Shown in pieces: positions 42,364-54,779 of a DNA stretch of 64,000 nucleotides; positions within the stretch are counted from its first letter, which is position 1; each line of letters opens with the position of its first letter. Source of the DNA: Eledone cirrhosa (lineage: Eukaryota); NCBI GenBank assembly GCA_964016885.1, contig OZ024746.1, positions 25,606,001-25,670,000 on the forward strand, read 5' to 3'. The translations under genes were made by a program, and so were the position numbers. The notes beneath the pieces are model-generated. The model was not told the DNA's origin, ran no database searches, and worked only from the letters and a program-made list of their open reading frames with translations.

Positions 42364-42770
42364 TATAATAGAATTAGAATTTAGCTTTGAGCATAGCTGT
42401 ATACAGATATGTATTGGATATTCGTATTTCTAAAGGAATATAGTATGTTTATAAATAAACATTTAGAAAGCCATAGCTATGCAAAAACACTGGCAACTAT
42501 CACCACCTGGCGATGTACAGCAGAAGCAAGGGGGACAATCGTCGATGCATTTCGAACTGAACTGATTCTCATCAGGACGATCCCTCCTGCTCAACTTAGA
42601 AAACAGGCGAGAATATATAGTTTTCTTGTCTGTGTAAATGAAGTGATTAATCTCATTTGCATATGAAGCTGTATAAGTTGGCTCAACTTATAATAGAATT
42701 AGAATTTAGCTTTGAGCATAGCCATATGTATTGGAATTTTGTATTTCTAAAGAAATACGGTACGTTTATA
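42364..42770 (-). mobile_element. 325-bp-period tandem unit (1 full + 1 partial copy) carrying the hammerhead; retrozyme / Penelope pLTR-like
   Basis: TATAATAGAATTAGAATTTAGCTTTGAGCATAGC at 42364 and 42689; flanked by (TA)n and (TACA)n. Confidence 0.65.
42538..42581 (-). ncRNA. Minimal type I hammerhead ribozyme
   Basis: Minus strand: AUCGUC-CUGAUGA-GAAU(cagUUca)GUUC-GAAA-UGCA-UC|GACGAU. Complete catalytic core, 6-bp stem I, stem II closed by G-C, palindromic stem III (AUGCAU), AUC cleavage triplet. Confidence 0.85.
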
Positions 42771-43035
42771 CACATACATACATACACCATTTGCCAAACA
42801 AAGGGTTAGGAGGATCCTCAGTTGTGTCAATGATATAACCTCTCCTGTGCACTTAGAACGTAAGCAAGACAACAGATCCCTGGCTTGTCTGGGTGATCAG
42901 TAGTCCCGCTTCATTACTGACTTAGTGTATGTTGACCTGTTCAACCCTTACTAACAGGGAAAGCTGACGTTAAAATGACAATGATGATGATGATGATGAT
43001 GATGGTGTGTGTGTGCGTGTGTGCGTGCGTGCGTA

Positions 43036-43360
43036 TGGAGGCACGTGGCTTAGTGGTTAGAGCATTGGCCTTACAATCAAAAGGTTGTGAGTTCAATTCT
43101 CAGATTGGGTGATGTGTTGTTTCCTTGAGCAAGTCACTTTATTTCACATTGCTCCAGTTTACTCAGCTGTAGAAATGAGATGATAGAGACTGGAGTCCCT
43201 ATCATTTTTGCTGTGGTCGTGGAGGTGCCACAGCAAAAAAGCACCCAGCACTCACTGTAAATGAGGTTGGTGTTAGGAAGGGCATCCAGCTGTAGAAATC
43301 AAGCCAGCATCAGTTCCCGTCCCACCCTTGCAAGCAGGGAAAAAGCGGACGTAAAATGAA
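43036..43360 (+). mobile_element. tRNA-derived SINE of a second family with RTE-like tail
   Basis: A box TGGCTTAGTGG, B box GTTCAATTC, CCTTGAGCAAG..ACTTTATTTCAC core, GGAAGGGCATCCAGC tail. Confidence 0.75.
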
Positions 43361-43584
43361 ATGTAAATGTATGAAATGTGTATATATATCATCATCATCA
43401 GGTTTAGCGTCCGTGTTCCACGCTTGCATGGGTTTGGACGGGGGTTTTCCCACTTGAGGCAAGAGTGGTTGTCTTGCTCGCATAGGACTGTCTGGCGGGT
43501 TTTCTACAGTTGGATGCCCTTCCTAACACCAACCACATTTACAGTGTGGGGCTGGGAGGTTTTTACCGTGTTGCCTACACGGCC

Positions 43585-43621
<37 letters not shown>

Positions 43622-43760
43622 TTGTCATCATCAGCCTGTTTTAATATATCAAAACAGCCTTGTTCTGGGTTTGCATTAGTGGGCTTTTAGTTCTATGTAT
43701 TATATAACTATAATGGCTTCAAATGACTTGTTTAATGTTTTGTTTTTGTATAAATATAAT

Positions 43761-44072
43761 TGTTTCTACTTTAGGCACAACGCCAGCAATTACCCAGTGC
43801 ATTACTGGTACTTTATTTTATCAACCCCGTAAGGATGAAAGGCAAAGTCAACCTCGGCGGGATTTGAACTCAGTATAAATATAATTGTTTCTACTTTAGG
43901 CACAAGGCCAGCAATTACCCAGTGTATTACTGGTACTTTATTTTATCGACCCCATAAGGATGAAAGGCAAAGTTAACCTCGGCGGGATTTGAACTCAGAA
44001 TGGCAAGGGCCGTAACTCTATGCGTCAAAGCATGGCGTCCGACCCTCTACCGATACTGCCAATCCACTGGCC
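43761..44072 (-). mobile_element. Two serially inserted SINE copies with nested TSDs
   Basis: TSD GTATAAATATAAT (43748-60, 43873-85) and ACTCAGTATAAATATAAT (43868-85, 44073-90). Confidence 0.85.
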
Positions 44073-44416
44073 ACTCAGTATAAATATAATGGTATATAAT
44101 ACTTGCTGACACTTACTGAGCAGACACAACATGCTAGCTACTCTGTTGACATAACTACATTTCTTTTCTGAAAATTACTTTTGTATGACATAACGTTTAT
44201 GTTGACTGAAGCCCAAAAGTCTTACTTTCAGATTTACATTTAAACTAATACATAATCCATTGTGTTTTTTTAAAATTATTTTGCATAAAAGAAGTCGTAG
44301 ACTAATATTCTCTAAGGTGGTTCATAGAGACGTTCTCTGGCAATAAACAGAAAAAACGAAGATAATACATCATATGGTCAGTATATATATGTATGAGATG
44401 AAAGAATGGTATTTAA

Positions 44417-47134
44417 CTAATGTAATGGTACTCGATGGGGCCCACCCACAGCCCTGGCGGACAGAATGGAGAAGGCGTTTCCCCGGCAGACGGCAAGGGA
44501 GACGCGCTGGAAAAGCCACTCCAACTCGCGGGGCTCACACCTACGGCTGGCCAGCTCAGCGCCTATGGTGGTGAGTAAGGAGGTAGCCCTGGAGCCGTGG
44601 ACACCAGAAGTTTCCGCTGCCAGGGGAACGACCGCAAACCTGTCGGAGAGCGACCGGTATTTGAGGAGTTTGGCCCCCTCAGCCCGAGGTGCAGCAGAAC
44701 CTGGATCAGTCGCAGAGTGCACCAGGTTGCGGCTGCAGAAAGTGTCGGTGCAAGTGGCATCTAGACGAGGAGTTTGCCACCGCGGAACGGGAAGATGGTC
44801 ATGCCATCTGGCCTTTTGCCGTCCCCTCGATCCAGCCCCACCGGCTCGAGCTGGGAAGGGAAGCCTGCAGCGTCCAAGCCATGCTTAATGACCTCGTTGA
44901 GGGCAGTATGGCGTGGAATGCGGCCGGCACTGTGGCGACAGGAAAGCGGGTGGAGGCCGAAAGAGTCCACGGTGGAACCGCAGCGACATTGGTGTGGTTG
45001 GCAGATCCGGAGGCCGAGCATCAGGGAAACGTTGATTCGCAGGCTATGGCTGTCTAGCTGCGCGCCAGTGGAGAAGGAGGGCCGAGTACCAGGTACCAAT
45101 GTGGGGTTTGGAGGCCGCACGAAAACAAGCAAGGCGGTGCTGGTCGAGCTGGCGTGTGAGCCTGTCTGAGGCCAGGCTGCACTGGATGGCATCCCAAGTG
45201 CGTTGGGGGAACTTGACGTCAACAGGGGGAGAAGGAGGGACGTCTACTGGGCTAAGTCCCAGCCGGTCCCATGTCTCACAGGCGGCCTCACGTTCTCTGA
45301 ACACAGAGAGTTCTGTTTTTTTTTTAAGAACCCTGCTGACGAGGACGCGGCACGAGGTTACTGACGAAAGATACGCCGGCAAAGTTAGTGAGATCGGGGA
45401 CCAGAGGCCTAGGCTGCCATACCTGACCGCACGTCCAAGACGGAGGCTGCAAAGCTCACAGCACCGAGGCTGACGTTCACCACCTCCGACTTGGCCGAGT
45501 TGACCTGGAGGCCGATTCTCGCCAGGGCAGGAATCACCGATTGAAGGTCTTGGCAGACTATCCGCACGGGCCCGCTCAACGAAGCATCATCCAGATACCA
45601 AACGTTGAGAGGGGCCGTGATACTGCGGGCGAACAGGAGGGGTCCCAAAGGGTCGCCCTGTTGGACCCCCAGTAGCAGGTAGGAGCATGCTTGGGGCTCC
45701 ATATGACAGGTAGGCCAGCGGGTAGGCAGAGGGGGCTCGGCTGAGGCAGGCTTCGAGCAGATGATACCGGCGTAAAGAGTTAAAGGCATTCCTCATGTCA
45801 AGCTTGACAATGAGGTGCCTGGAGTCCCTGGATGCCGGTACCGATGGGCAGCTGCTGAAGAACTGCCTGATTGCATGAGAGGCTCCCTCACAGCCACCGG
45901 ATACGCCGACACCCAGTTGCACCGGACTAAACTCCTCACCCAGTTCGTGTGTGACGGACTTGCAGATCACCTTGGCAGCCAGCCTCCGGAAGACATCGCT
46001 CACAGCAATGGGGCGTATGCCACCCTCTTTCTTCCTGAGAGCGGTGAGGCTGGCCGAAAAAAAGAGGCCTTGGGCGCAAGGGTCAAGGGCACCATGAATG
46101 AGCTTATTGGTGAGCGCCACAATTGCACTCAGAAGGCGGCGCCTGGCCTCAGTGGAGAGGAGGGATGTCAACTCCTTGAGGTGGCCTGGTCGGAGACCAT
46201 CAACACCTCCGCAGCTGCTAGCTGGGAAGGACCTGATGGCGGACATGATATCTGCATCAGTAGCCACAAGGAGCAGGTGGAGGTCGGGTGGGGGTATGGG
46301 TCTGAGATCAGTGGGTGGCTCAGGGTGTTTGAGCCGCAGAGCAGCCAGGATCTCCTCGATGGGTTGGAGGACAGTGTCCTCTGAGGCAACAACTCTGACT
46401 GCGGCCGAGACATCACCCATGATAAGCTTTGCATTTACCTGGTCACGCAAATGCTTGGCGCTGGCCTCGGGGGTGGAGGATAGGGGGTACCTGAGGTGGG
46501 GTGTGTGGCGTCCCTGGACACGCTTGGAATAGGCGCTCGCCCAAAATGACGAGACATTGGCCTTGACGAAGGCTGCTGTTGACCGGCCACCCCGGTCAGT
46601 GCCAGAGCTGAGGAGGCCGAGGGCGAGTGGGGCGAAATAGAACAGCCGCTCCCAGTCACTGGCTCGATTGGAGTCCAGGGCGCTCTCAATCGAGGAAGCG
46701 AGGGCATCGGCTACTGGCACCCGTGCCGCTCTCGGGATCCTGAGTGGGATCTTCTGGAGTCGCCTGAGCCGAGCGATGTTGACCAGCGAGGCTCGGGCGT
46801 CAGGCAAGCTCGCTGTCCCATCTGGTGGTGTGTCAGACGGCCGTGGCTGGGCAGACGTGGGGAAGAGGCAGCTCCTGCACCTCCACGCTGCGAGGGCATT
46901 GGAAGCTCGACGAGTCAAGCCAACGCAGGTGAGGTGGTGGAAGCAGTCGCCCCCCAAACAGTTCCGGCCCCTCTTCCGTTTGTTAGTAGTGCCGCAAGTG
47001 CTGCAGGTGTCGATTTGGAGGGGTGAGGGATGGGGCGTGGGGCCGGGGACTGGGGCACCGAGCGGCATCAGGGGTGGGTGGCTGGTGTGTGTGGTTGGAA
47101 GGGAAAGTGCTGGTAAGAGGGCAGCATAGCTCAC
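44417..47134 (-). mobile_element. CRE-like RLE non-LTR retrotransposon (PHD-like finger, RT, CCHC, restriction-like endonuclease), frameshifted/deleted
   Basis: GIRPIAVSDVFRRLAAK, QLGVGVSGGCE, KLDMRNAFN, GVQQGDPLGPLLF, WYLDD; CRCG..HPLSC..RH; RPDG; K..KY..VPLAAETSG; markedly GC-rich versus host. Confidence 0.85.
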
Positions 47135-48332
47135 CTATATATATATGGAGATGCCAGAAAACGAGAGCGAAAAGGGGTGCATGGAGGGGGAGACACAGGA
47201 AGGTAGAATGGCAGTAAATGAATGAGTAAATGGATGGATGTACAAAAAAAAAAAAAAAAATTCAGCACGCACACATGCGAGCAACTGAGCATGAAATAAG
47301 TAATATTTTGTTTCGTCATCAAACTTTAACAAAGCTATGTTTGTAGATTATAAATATGTATATATATATCCTGTAGCAATGTGGTCTGACCTACCCTGTG
47401 TCCTCTCCCTCCCACTCACTAACAGCTATTCTCAACATCACTACACCACCCTCACCACACAGATTCCTATCTGCTGCCCCCATGTGAAGTGGCTGGTGAT
47501 GGGAAGAGCATCCATCCAAGGAGGGCTTGCCAAACAAAGGATTGGGAGGACCTTTTGTTGTGTCAAAGACATGACAGCTTCCCTAGTGTTTAGTGACCTA
47601 CACGATAAACGCACCCAGTACATGCTGTAAAGTGGTTGGTGATAGGAAGGGTATCCAGCTGTAAAAATCTTGCCAAATAAAGGGTTGGGAGGACTCTCAG
47701 TTGTGTCAAAGACATGACAACCTCTTCTATGCCCTCAGTATCTGGGAGATTAGTAGCTCCACTTCAGTACTGACTTGGTTTATATAGACCCATCCAACTC
47801 TTGCTAACAGAAAAAGTGGATGTTAAAACAACAAGGATATATATAGAGAGAGAGAGGGGGGGGGGTTTAAAAAAAGGGTAGGTGCAAAAGACAAAGATAA
47901 TGACAGAATAACACAAAGAAACAGAACAAATTGGGCGTTTTGGTAAAATACAAAATAAAGACAAAAAAATGCTACACACGAATGTGCTTCAACTGAAAAG
48001 AAAGAGATAGAAACACAGTGCTTAGCCAAAAAAGAGAAATATAGAAATAAGGAAAAAATAGAAACAATAGAGGTAGAGTAAAGGAAGATAGATAGCAGGC
48101 AGTATAATGATATATATGTATATATATATAAGGTGAAAACATATATACAAAATACACATACTTATATCTATACAGCTATAATTCTACATCTCCATATGCA
48201 AATGAGGTTAATCAGCCCATGCACACAGGTGTCAAAACTATATTAAATTCCAGCAGAATGCAACAAAAATAAAACTAATGATAATACTTTTTAAGGCACA
48301 AGAAAATAATTAAAAGTTGAGTAGAATAAGGC

Positions 48333-48338
48333 TTTATT
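48333..48338 (-). terminator. Candidate polyadenylation signal (AATAAA) of TXNDC17
   Basis: AATAAA on the minus strand ~50 nt after the stop codon. Confidence 0.45.
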
Positions 48339-48388
48339 TCTCCAATAAAAAATTAGTTTTGGAGTATTCGTGGAAGAGGGAATAAAAA

Positions 48389-48457
48389 TTAATCTTCAGT
48401 AAAGAGCATTTGGATGAGATCATCTTTCGTGCATTGGTCTTCTTTAAGTTGGTTAGG
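48389..48457 (-). CDS. TXNDC17: TXNDC17 exon 4 (stop)
   Basis: ttttAG|PNQLKEDQCTKDDLIQMLFTED-TAA. Confidence 0.92.
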   Translation of the reverse strand, partial: PNQLKEDQCTKDDLIQMLFTED

Positions 48458-51400
48458 CTAAAAATGAAATTAAATAGAACACAGTATTTTAGGTGAAATT
48501 ACAACATGTATGAAGACAGGAACAGATATGTATGGTTTATTAAGGTGAGAAAGAGAGAAATATACAGGATAAATAGAAGTTATCCTCTTTTGATGCCAAA
48601 CCAGCTGAAAACTGCCCTAGTTCTATAATACTAAACTGTTTATATTTATCTAAAAGTCTGCCTTGATAATTTTATGTAAGAACTTTTGTTAAGTGTTATG
48701 TTTCAAACACCAACTTAATAAATCCCTTCAAACTCTTTACTTTTAAAATGATTTGAAAATCCTAAGCTGTGTCTTTCATTTGAAATGTGGTAATGAAGTG
48801 TTTATATTTATTTTAAAAAAACCTTCCACCATTATTTTATGTAAGAACGTTTGTTAAGTTATGTTCCAAACATCAAATTAATAATGAAAAAGTTAATTCT
48901 ATTACTAAAATCCTCCAAATTTTTGATTACTGATGAGCAATGTATTTCATTAGCAATATTGTAATGAAAGGGTTAAAGTCATAGAATGCAGAGATAGTCA
49001 CTGGCCCATTTGTTGTGGTTTAACTCCAGATCTGTTCTGATTGAGTAGGCCTTTAAATAAAAGTCTTCATGGTGTGGACATTCTATTTGGGACAAATATT
49101 GGCCAATGTGTACTTCTTTTTTCAGGACCATTACAGTGTTATTTAAGGGAATTTGGCTGCTATTTCTAGCAAGGTGAGTGAGTGATCATGTAGAGGCTCC
49201 TTCATTGACCCATGTACTACAAAGATTTATGAAATCATAGACAGACTTGGAGAAGAAAGATAACTCTTATTATTTCAAATTAGTTAACACTGCAATAGTG
49301 ATAAGATATCAGTGAAACAATTGGGTTTGGTGTTGTATAGGAAACACAGGACCTTCTAGTTATATAGGAAACATGGGACCTAATAACCAGAGAGTCCCAT
49401 ATTCCCTACATAACCAGAAGGACCCATGTTTTCTCGCAACCAGAAGGTCCAATGTTTTCTTGCAACCAGAGGGTCCCATGTTTCCTACACAACCAGATGG
49501 TCCCATATTTTTTACACAGCCTCAAGCCTCCATGTTTACAACACAACCAGAAGGTACCATGTTTTCCTCATAACCTCAAGTCTCTATGCTGTTGGTCCTA
49601 CAATAAAATTCACTTGGTAGCACACGGGATCATATGGCAGATCTCTGACCCACCTGGAGGTCAGAGGCTCTGTTTGACTACTAACTGGTCTGTAATAACA
49701 TGACCAACTTTTGCTAGCAGGGAAAACGGATATTAAAGGATGACGATGATAATGATGTAGACTGTCTGCGTTAATTCCTATTTAGAGTTACTGATATTTT
49801 TTATGTAGATTAGTCAGTTCCTATTTAAAGTTACTGTCCTTTTAGACATGTTGCAGGGCTAAACCCCACCTTACTTCTGATATAATTCCTTTTGTTTTTC
49901 AGCAGTGTGGATTGGAGCAATGTGAAATAAAGTGTTATGCTCAAAGACACAAACTTCTGCCCAATCCAGGAATCAAACCCACATCAACACCCTAACCACT
50001 AGACCAAGCACCTTTCAATATGTTACATGTCAATAAATGAAGATTAGGTCAAATTTTTTTTTTATCTTTAAAAATTGAAAAATAAGGAAAAAACTGAAAT
50101 AAGCTGTTAATGAAGTTAAATAAAACATGAATAAAATACTGGTAAAATACTTACTTGGCCAAATTTCAATAGAGTTGGAACAGCAGATAACCGGAGTTTA
50201 GCATCTTTTCTAAAGACATTATTCTGGTCTTTCCAGCTGGAAAAAGAAAATATCACAATATCAACAGGTTTGGAAGATTAACCCTTTTGATACCAAATTC
50301 TTTGACCTGAATCATCACTCTTTGACACAAAACTGTTTGTTTTAAAGTGGTAAGAAACTCTCAGGTGACCTAATAAGCAGAATGTCTTCAGAGAAGTATC
50401 CCCCCCACTCCCCCAAGCAAGTGTTTCAGCCCTTATATTTATCAAAAAAAATTTCCATCATAATTTTTTGTAAGAACCTTTGTGACGTTATGTTTCCAAA
50501 ACCAGTTTAATAATGAGAATGTTAGTTATATTACTAAATCCATCCAAACTGTTGATTATTTTCAAAATGGTTTGAAAATCATAGGCAGTCTTTCATTAGA
50601 AACATGGTAATGAAAGTGCTAATAATACATAAATCTCTTGTAAAATCTACTAAGACTAAACCTTAGCTTCTTTTTGAGGTTTAGAACTAATCAAGTTGGA
50701 ATAGAAGTTAATTAGACTTAGAGCAGTGTTTTTCAAAGTAGGGCATAGCAATATTTTGGTGGGACCTAGGGCTTCAGAATGCTATATAATATAATCACAT
50801 TTTTTTGTTTTTGAAAAATGAAGTGGTGTGGGACAAAAAAATGTTTGAGAAACTGAATTAGAGTATTACCTAAGACAGTTAATTTGAAGAGTATGCTTCT
50901 GAAAAATAATTATAATTTAGATATAAAGAATGGTGTGATCAAGCACAGAGATGCTATAAAATAGTTGCATCGGCTACTTTCTTTTTCTGTCTTTTAGGGT
51001 CTTCACCCTATTTTATAAACTATTTTATAGCATCTCTGTTCATGAACACACTATTCTTTATATTAACTTTATTCCCTCAACGCTCTGTGAAAGTCCGAGT
51101 GATTGGCTACATATATAATTTTAATGTTTCAAATTTCATGGTGTTTATACAAAATAATGAAATGAATATTAATTTTGAAAATAAAAAATAATTACTAAAT
51201 CGAATAAAATAAGTATATATAAAAATGTATAAATATATATATATATGTATAAGGATAAATAAATATATGAAAAATAAAGTGATAAATCACTGCTCCTGCA
51301 TTTGGCTAAAACCATTTATAATATTGCTCACACTTAAACTCAACATATATAGTATTAAAGATATTCATTTGATTTGAAAATAAAAGAAATTGAGAAATGA

Positions 51401-54400
51401 TATATATACATTTTTCTATGTGTATATATTTGTGAAAGAGAAAGAATGATGAAAACCAAAGCCAACCTTAGAGGGATTTGAACTTAGAATACCTTGTGAT
51501 ATTTGCTCTGGTTCTCAATTCTGACACTTTACTGACTGCCAATTCATCTTATTCACAATTCTACAGCCACCATTCACAATCGAGTACGACTTGGTAGTAT
51601 GTACCATGCTTTCACTAATGCCTATGCAGATGCAGACACCTGGACTATTCTTGATCCAGCAGAACATTCATGATATAACAGCTAGAGAGAGGGAGGGCTA
51701 CACAAGTACTGGGCTTGTAATTTACAATTGACCTGCAGGCAATTTTTATAAACACATATCTTATTACCATTTTACATTTAAAATTCATGATGTTCTGAGA
51801 TTTGACTGGCCAGAAGACCACGCTTTAATCATACATTTCTTGTTGGCAAGGTTTCTATGGCTGGATGCCCTTTCTAATGCTAACCACTTTACAGTTTGTA
51901 CTAGGTGCATTTTATCATGGCACCAGCACTACTACTTTACAGCATGTAGTGGGTGAGTCATATTGTGGCACCAGCACTACCTCTTTATTGCATGTACTGA
52001 GTGCATTTTATTGTGGTACCAGCACTATGACTTGAGGAGCTATCTTGGGTATTTTAATGATAGTGGCCCCAGTCATACAAGTGACTGAGCATTCCACAGA
52101 CATGTGTACCCTTAACATAATTCTCTAAGAGATTCAGTGTGACACAGTGTATGTTAAAGATGACTCTTTGAATTACAGGTACAACTGATTTTTACTAGCT
52201 GAATGGACTGGAGTGACATGAAAATAAAGTGTCTTGTCTTGGTCAAGGACATAACATGCTGTCAGGAATCAAACCCAGGAAATTACAATTGTGAGCTGAA
52301 TAACCTAACCACAAAGCCATGCACCTTCACCAGATCTGAGAGCATTGTAGAGTTAACTTACAAAGTGCGATTACCAACACTACAGTGAATAAATATAGCA
52401 TCAGTTGGTAGGTGTTGCATGTTTCTTTTTATCACAGGATCAGCTGAAACAAACAGGAACAGAGTTAAATTGTTTTAAAAAAATATTAAAATATTTCAGT
52501 TGTTTAAAATACAGTGAAAAGAAAACAAAGAGGGAGTGAAATATGGAGGGGGCAAACTCCTTTTGCTTGTTACAGCAAAGCTGTGAAATATGGAGGGGGG
52601 CAAACTCCTTTTGCTTGTTGTTACATCAAAGCTGTGCACTGTGGGCAAGGTGATGTAAGTATTACTGCAGAGCCAGTGATACTTGCTGCATCATCCATTC
52701 CATCTCAAGGGACAAATCCTACACACTTGGCTAGACAGTATATCTCTCTCTTTAAATATATATATATATAGTGCCCTGTGCCATAATCTGGTGGGCTCTT
52801 AGAAAACTAAGAGTAGATGAGTGGCTTGTGAAGGCTGTACAAGCCATGTATAGAGGAGCAGTCAGCAAAGTTAGGATTAACGATGGCTATAGCGAGGATT
52901 TTAGCATGCAGATTGGCATCCACCAGGGCCCTGTTCTTAGTCCTCTCTTGTTTATTATTGTACTGCAGGCTATAACAGAGGAGTTTAAAACCGGCTGCCC
53001 ATGGGAACTCCAGTATGCAGATGATCTTAGACTCATAGCAGAGTCTATGGTAGAACTAGAAACAAGGGATCTTAAAGTCAACCTGACAAAGACTAAGGTC
53101 CTAGTAAGTAGAAGAGAAAAAAAACTCTGATCCCCTTGGGGAAATAGCCTTGCTCAGTGTGTAGGAAAGGTATAGGTAGAAATCCCACCCTCTGTTCCAA
53201 ATACAAACTATGGGTACACAAGAGATGTAGTGGGATCTCGGGAAGTTTAGCTAAGAATGTAAGTTTTACATGTAGCTGCTGCACCAGGGCAGTTAGCAAC
53301 AAACGACTACAGGAAACAAGCGCTATCAAATTCCAGGAAGGATCATAGATGCAGTAGACAGCTTCTGCTACCTGGGTGACCAAATTAGCAGTGAAGGTGG
53401 GTGTTCTGAAAGTACAGTAGCCAGCGTGAGAATGGGATGGAAGAAGTCCAGGGAGCTACTACCACTGCTAGATACAAAAGGCTTTTCCCTCAAAATGAAA
53501 GGCAGACTGTATGCTGCATGCATACGATCAGCAATGTTGTATGTAAGGAAGACTTGCATAGATTGGAAAGAAATGAAGCTTTCATACTTCGATGGATATG
53601 TAATAGTAATTTACATGAACAGCAAAGCATAAACCAACTGAGAGAGAAACTAGGCATAAGAAAAATCAGATGCACTGTGTAGGAGAAGAGATTGTGTATG
53701 AAGGATGACAGCTGTATAAAAAGGTGCTGAGTGCTCCAAGTCGATGGAAGCCTTGGAGTGGAGAAACCCAGGAAGACTTGGGATGAAGTGATAAAAGCTG
53801 ACCTTCCTCAATTGCACCTCTCAAAGACAATGACGCATTATGCAGTAATATAGAAGACCTACCTTTCCATGGGCTGAAGCTGAAGCATATATATAGTATA
53901 CTGAAGTATAGATATAGTATGCACCACCCCTACTCCACCCTCCCATACATCTCCCATGAGGACAAGTTGAAGTATACATTTAGTGAAGCCACCAGCCCAC
54001 ACTGTAAAGTGGTCATGATGGCAACACGGCAAAAAGTACATCTCAGCTGTGCACTGCAGACAAGACAGAGAAAGTGTTGCTGCAGAGAACAGCCAGCAAT
54101 ACCAACTACATCAGACATTCCACCTCACAGAATTCCTTCCTCAGGTGTCATGCCCTTGTCCCGATTTGGCAGAGGAAAAACAGAAATCCAAAGACTGAGG
54201 ACACTGGATTGGTGGAGAAAAATCTGGTGACCGAGGAGACTTGAGGATTCAATGGTGACCAGCACGAATAAAGGAAACATAAATTATCATCATCATCATC
54301 GTTTTAATGTCTGTTTTCCCTGCTAGCAAGTGTTGGACAGGTCTACATAGACTAAGTCAGTACTGATGTGAAGCTACTGATTGCCGAGATAGGCCATGGA

Positions 54401-54735
54401 TCTGCATCTCACTTATGTACCATCTCACAGTCTACCAAATACACAGGAGAGGTTGTCATGTCTTTGACAGAACTGAAGAACTCTCTCAACACTGTTTGGC
54501 AAGAAAATATATTGAATTAAAATGGATTTCACTCGATTCCTCCTCATCATAACAACCCATACCAATATGGTAAACATAGGTGAAATGATGATGGTGGTGG
54601 CAGCGGTGGTGGTGACCATGATCTACTCAGTCCAAAACCCATTATCTCTTGTTTCTGGAGCTATTTGGAATTCAATGTTCTTTTTCATTCAAAGTTACAT
54701 TGACATAATTGGTGATTTCCTTCTGAATAGACAGG

Positions 54736-54779
<44 letters not shown>

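Noticed and set aside
43036-43110. tRNA gene
   Set aside because: A/B boxes are present but there is no complete cloverleaf, and it continues into a SINE body.
34890-47129. Numerous antisense/overlapping ORFs across the mariner, Gypsy and CRE-like elements
   Set aside because: Shadow ORFs of GC-rich transposon coding sequence with no recognisable domains.
47305-47325. TGATGACGAAAC on the minus strand upstream of the CRE-like ORF as a hammerhead
   Set aside because: It lacks C3, has no stem II between TGATGA and GAAA, and has no pairing stem I.
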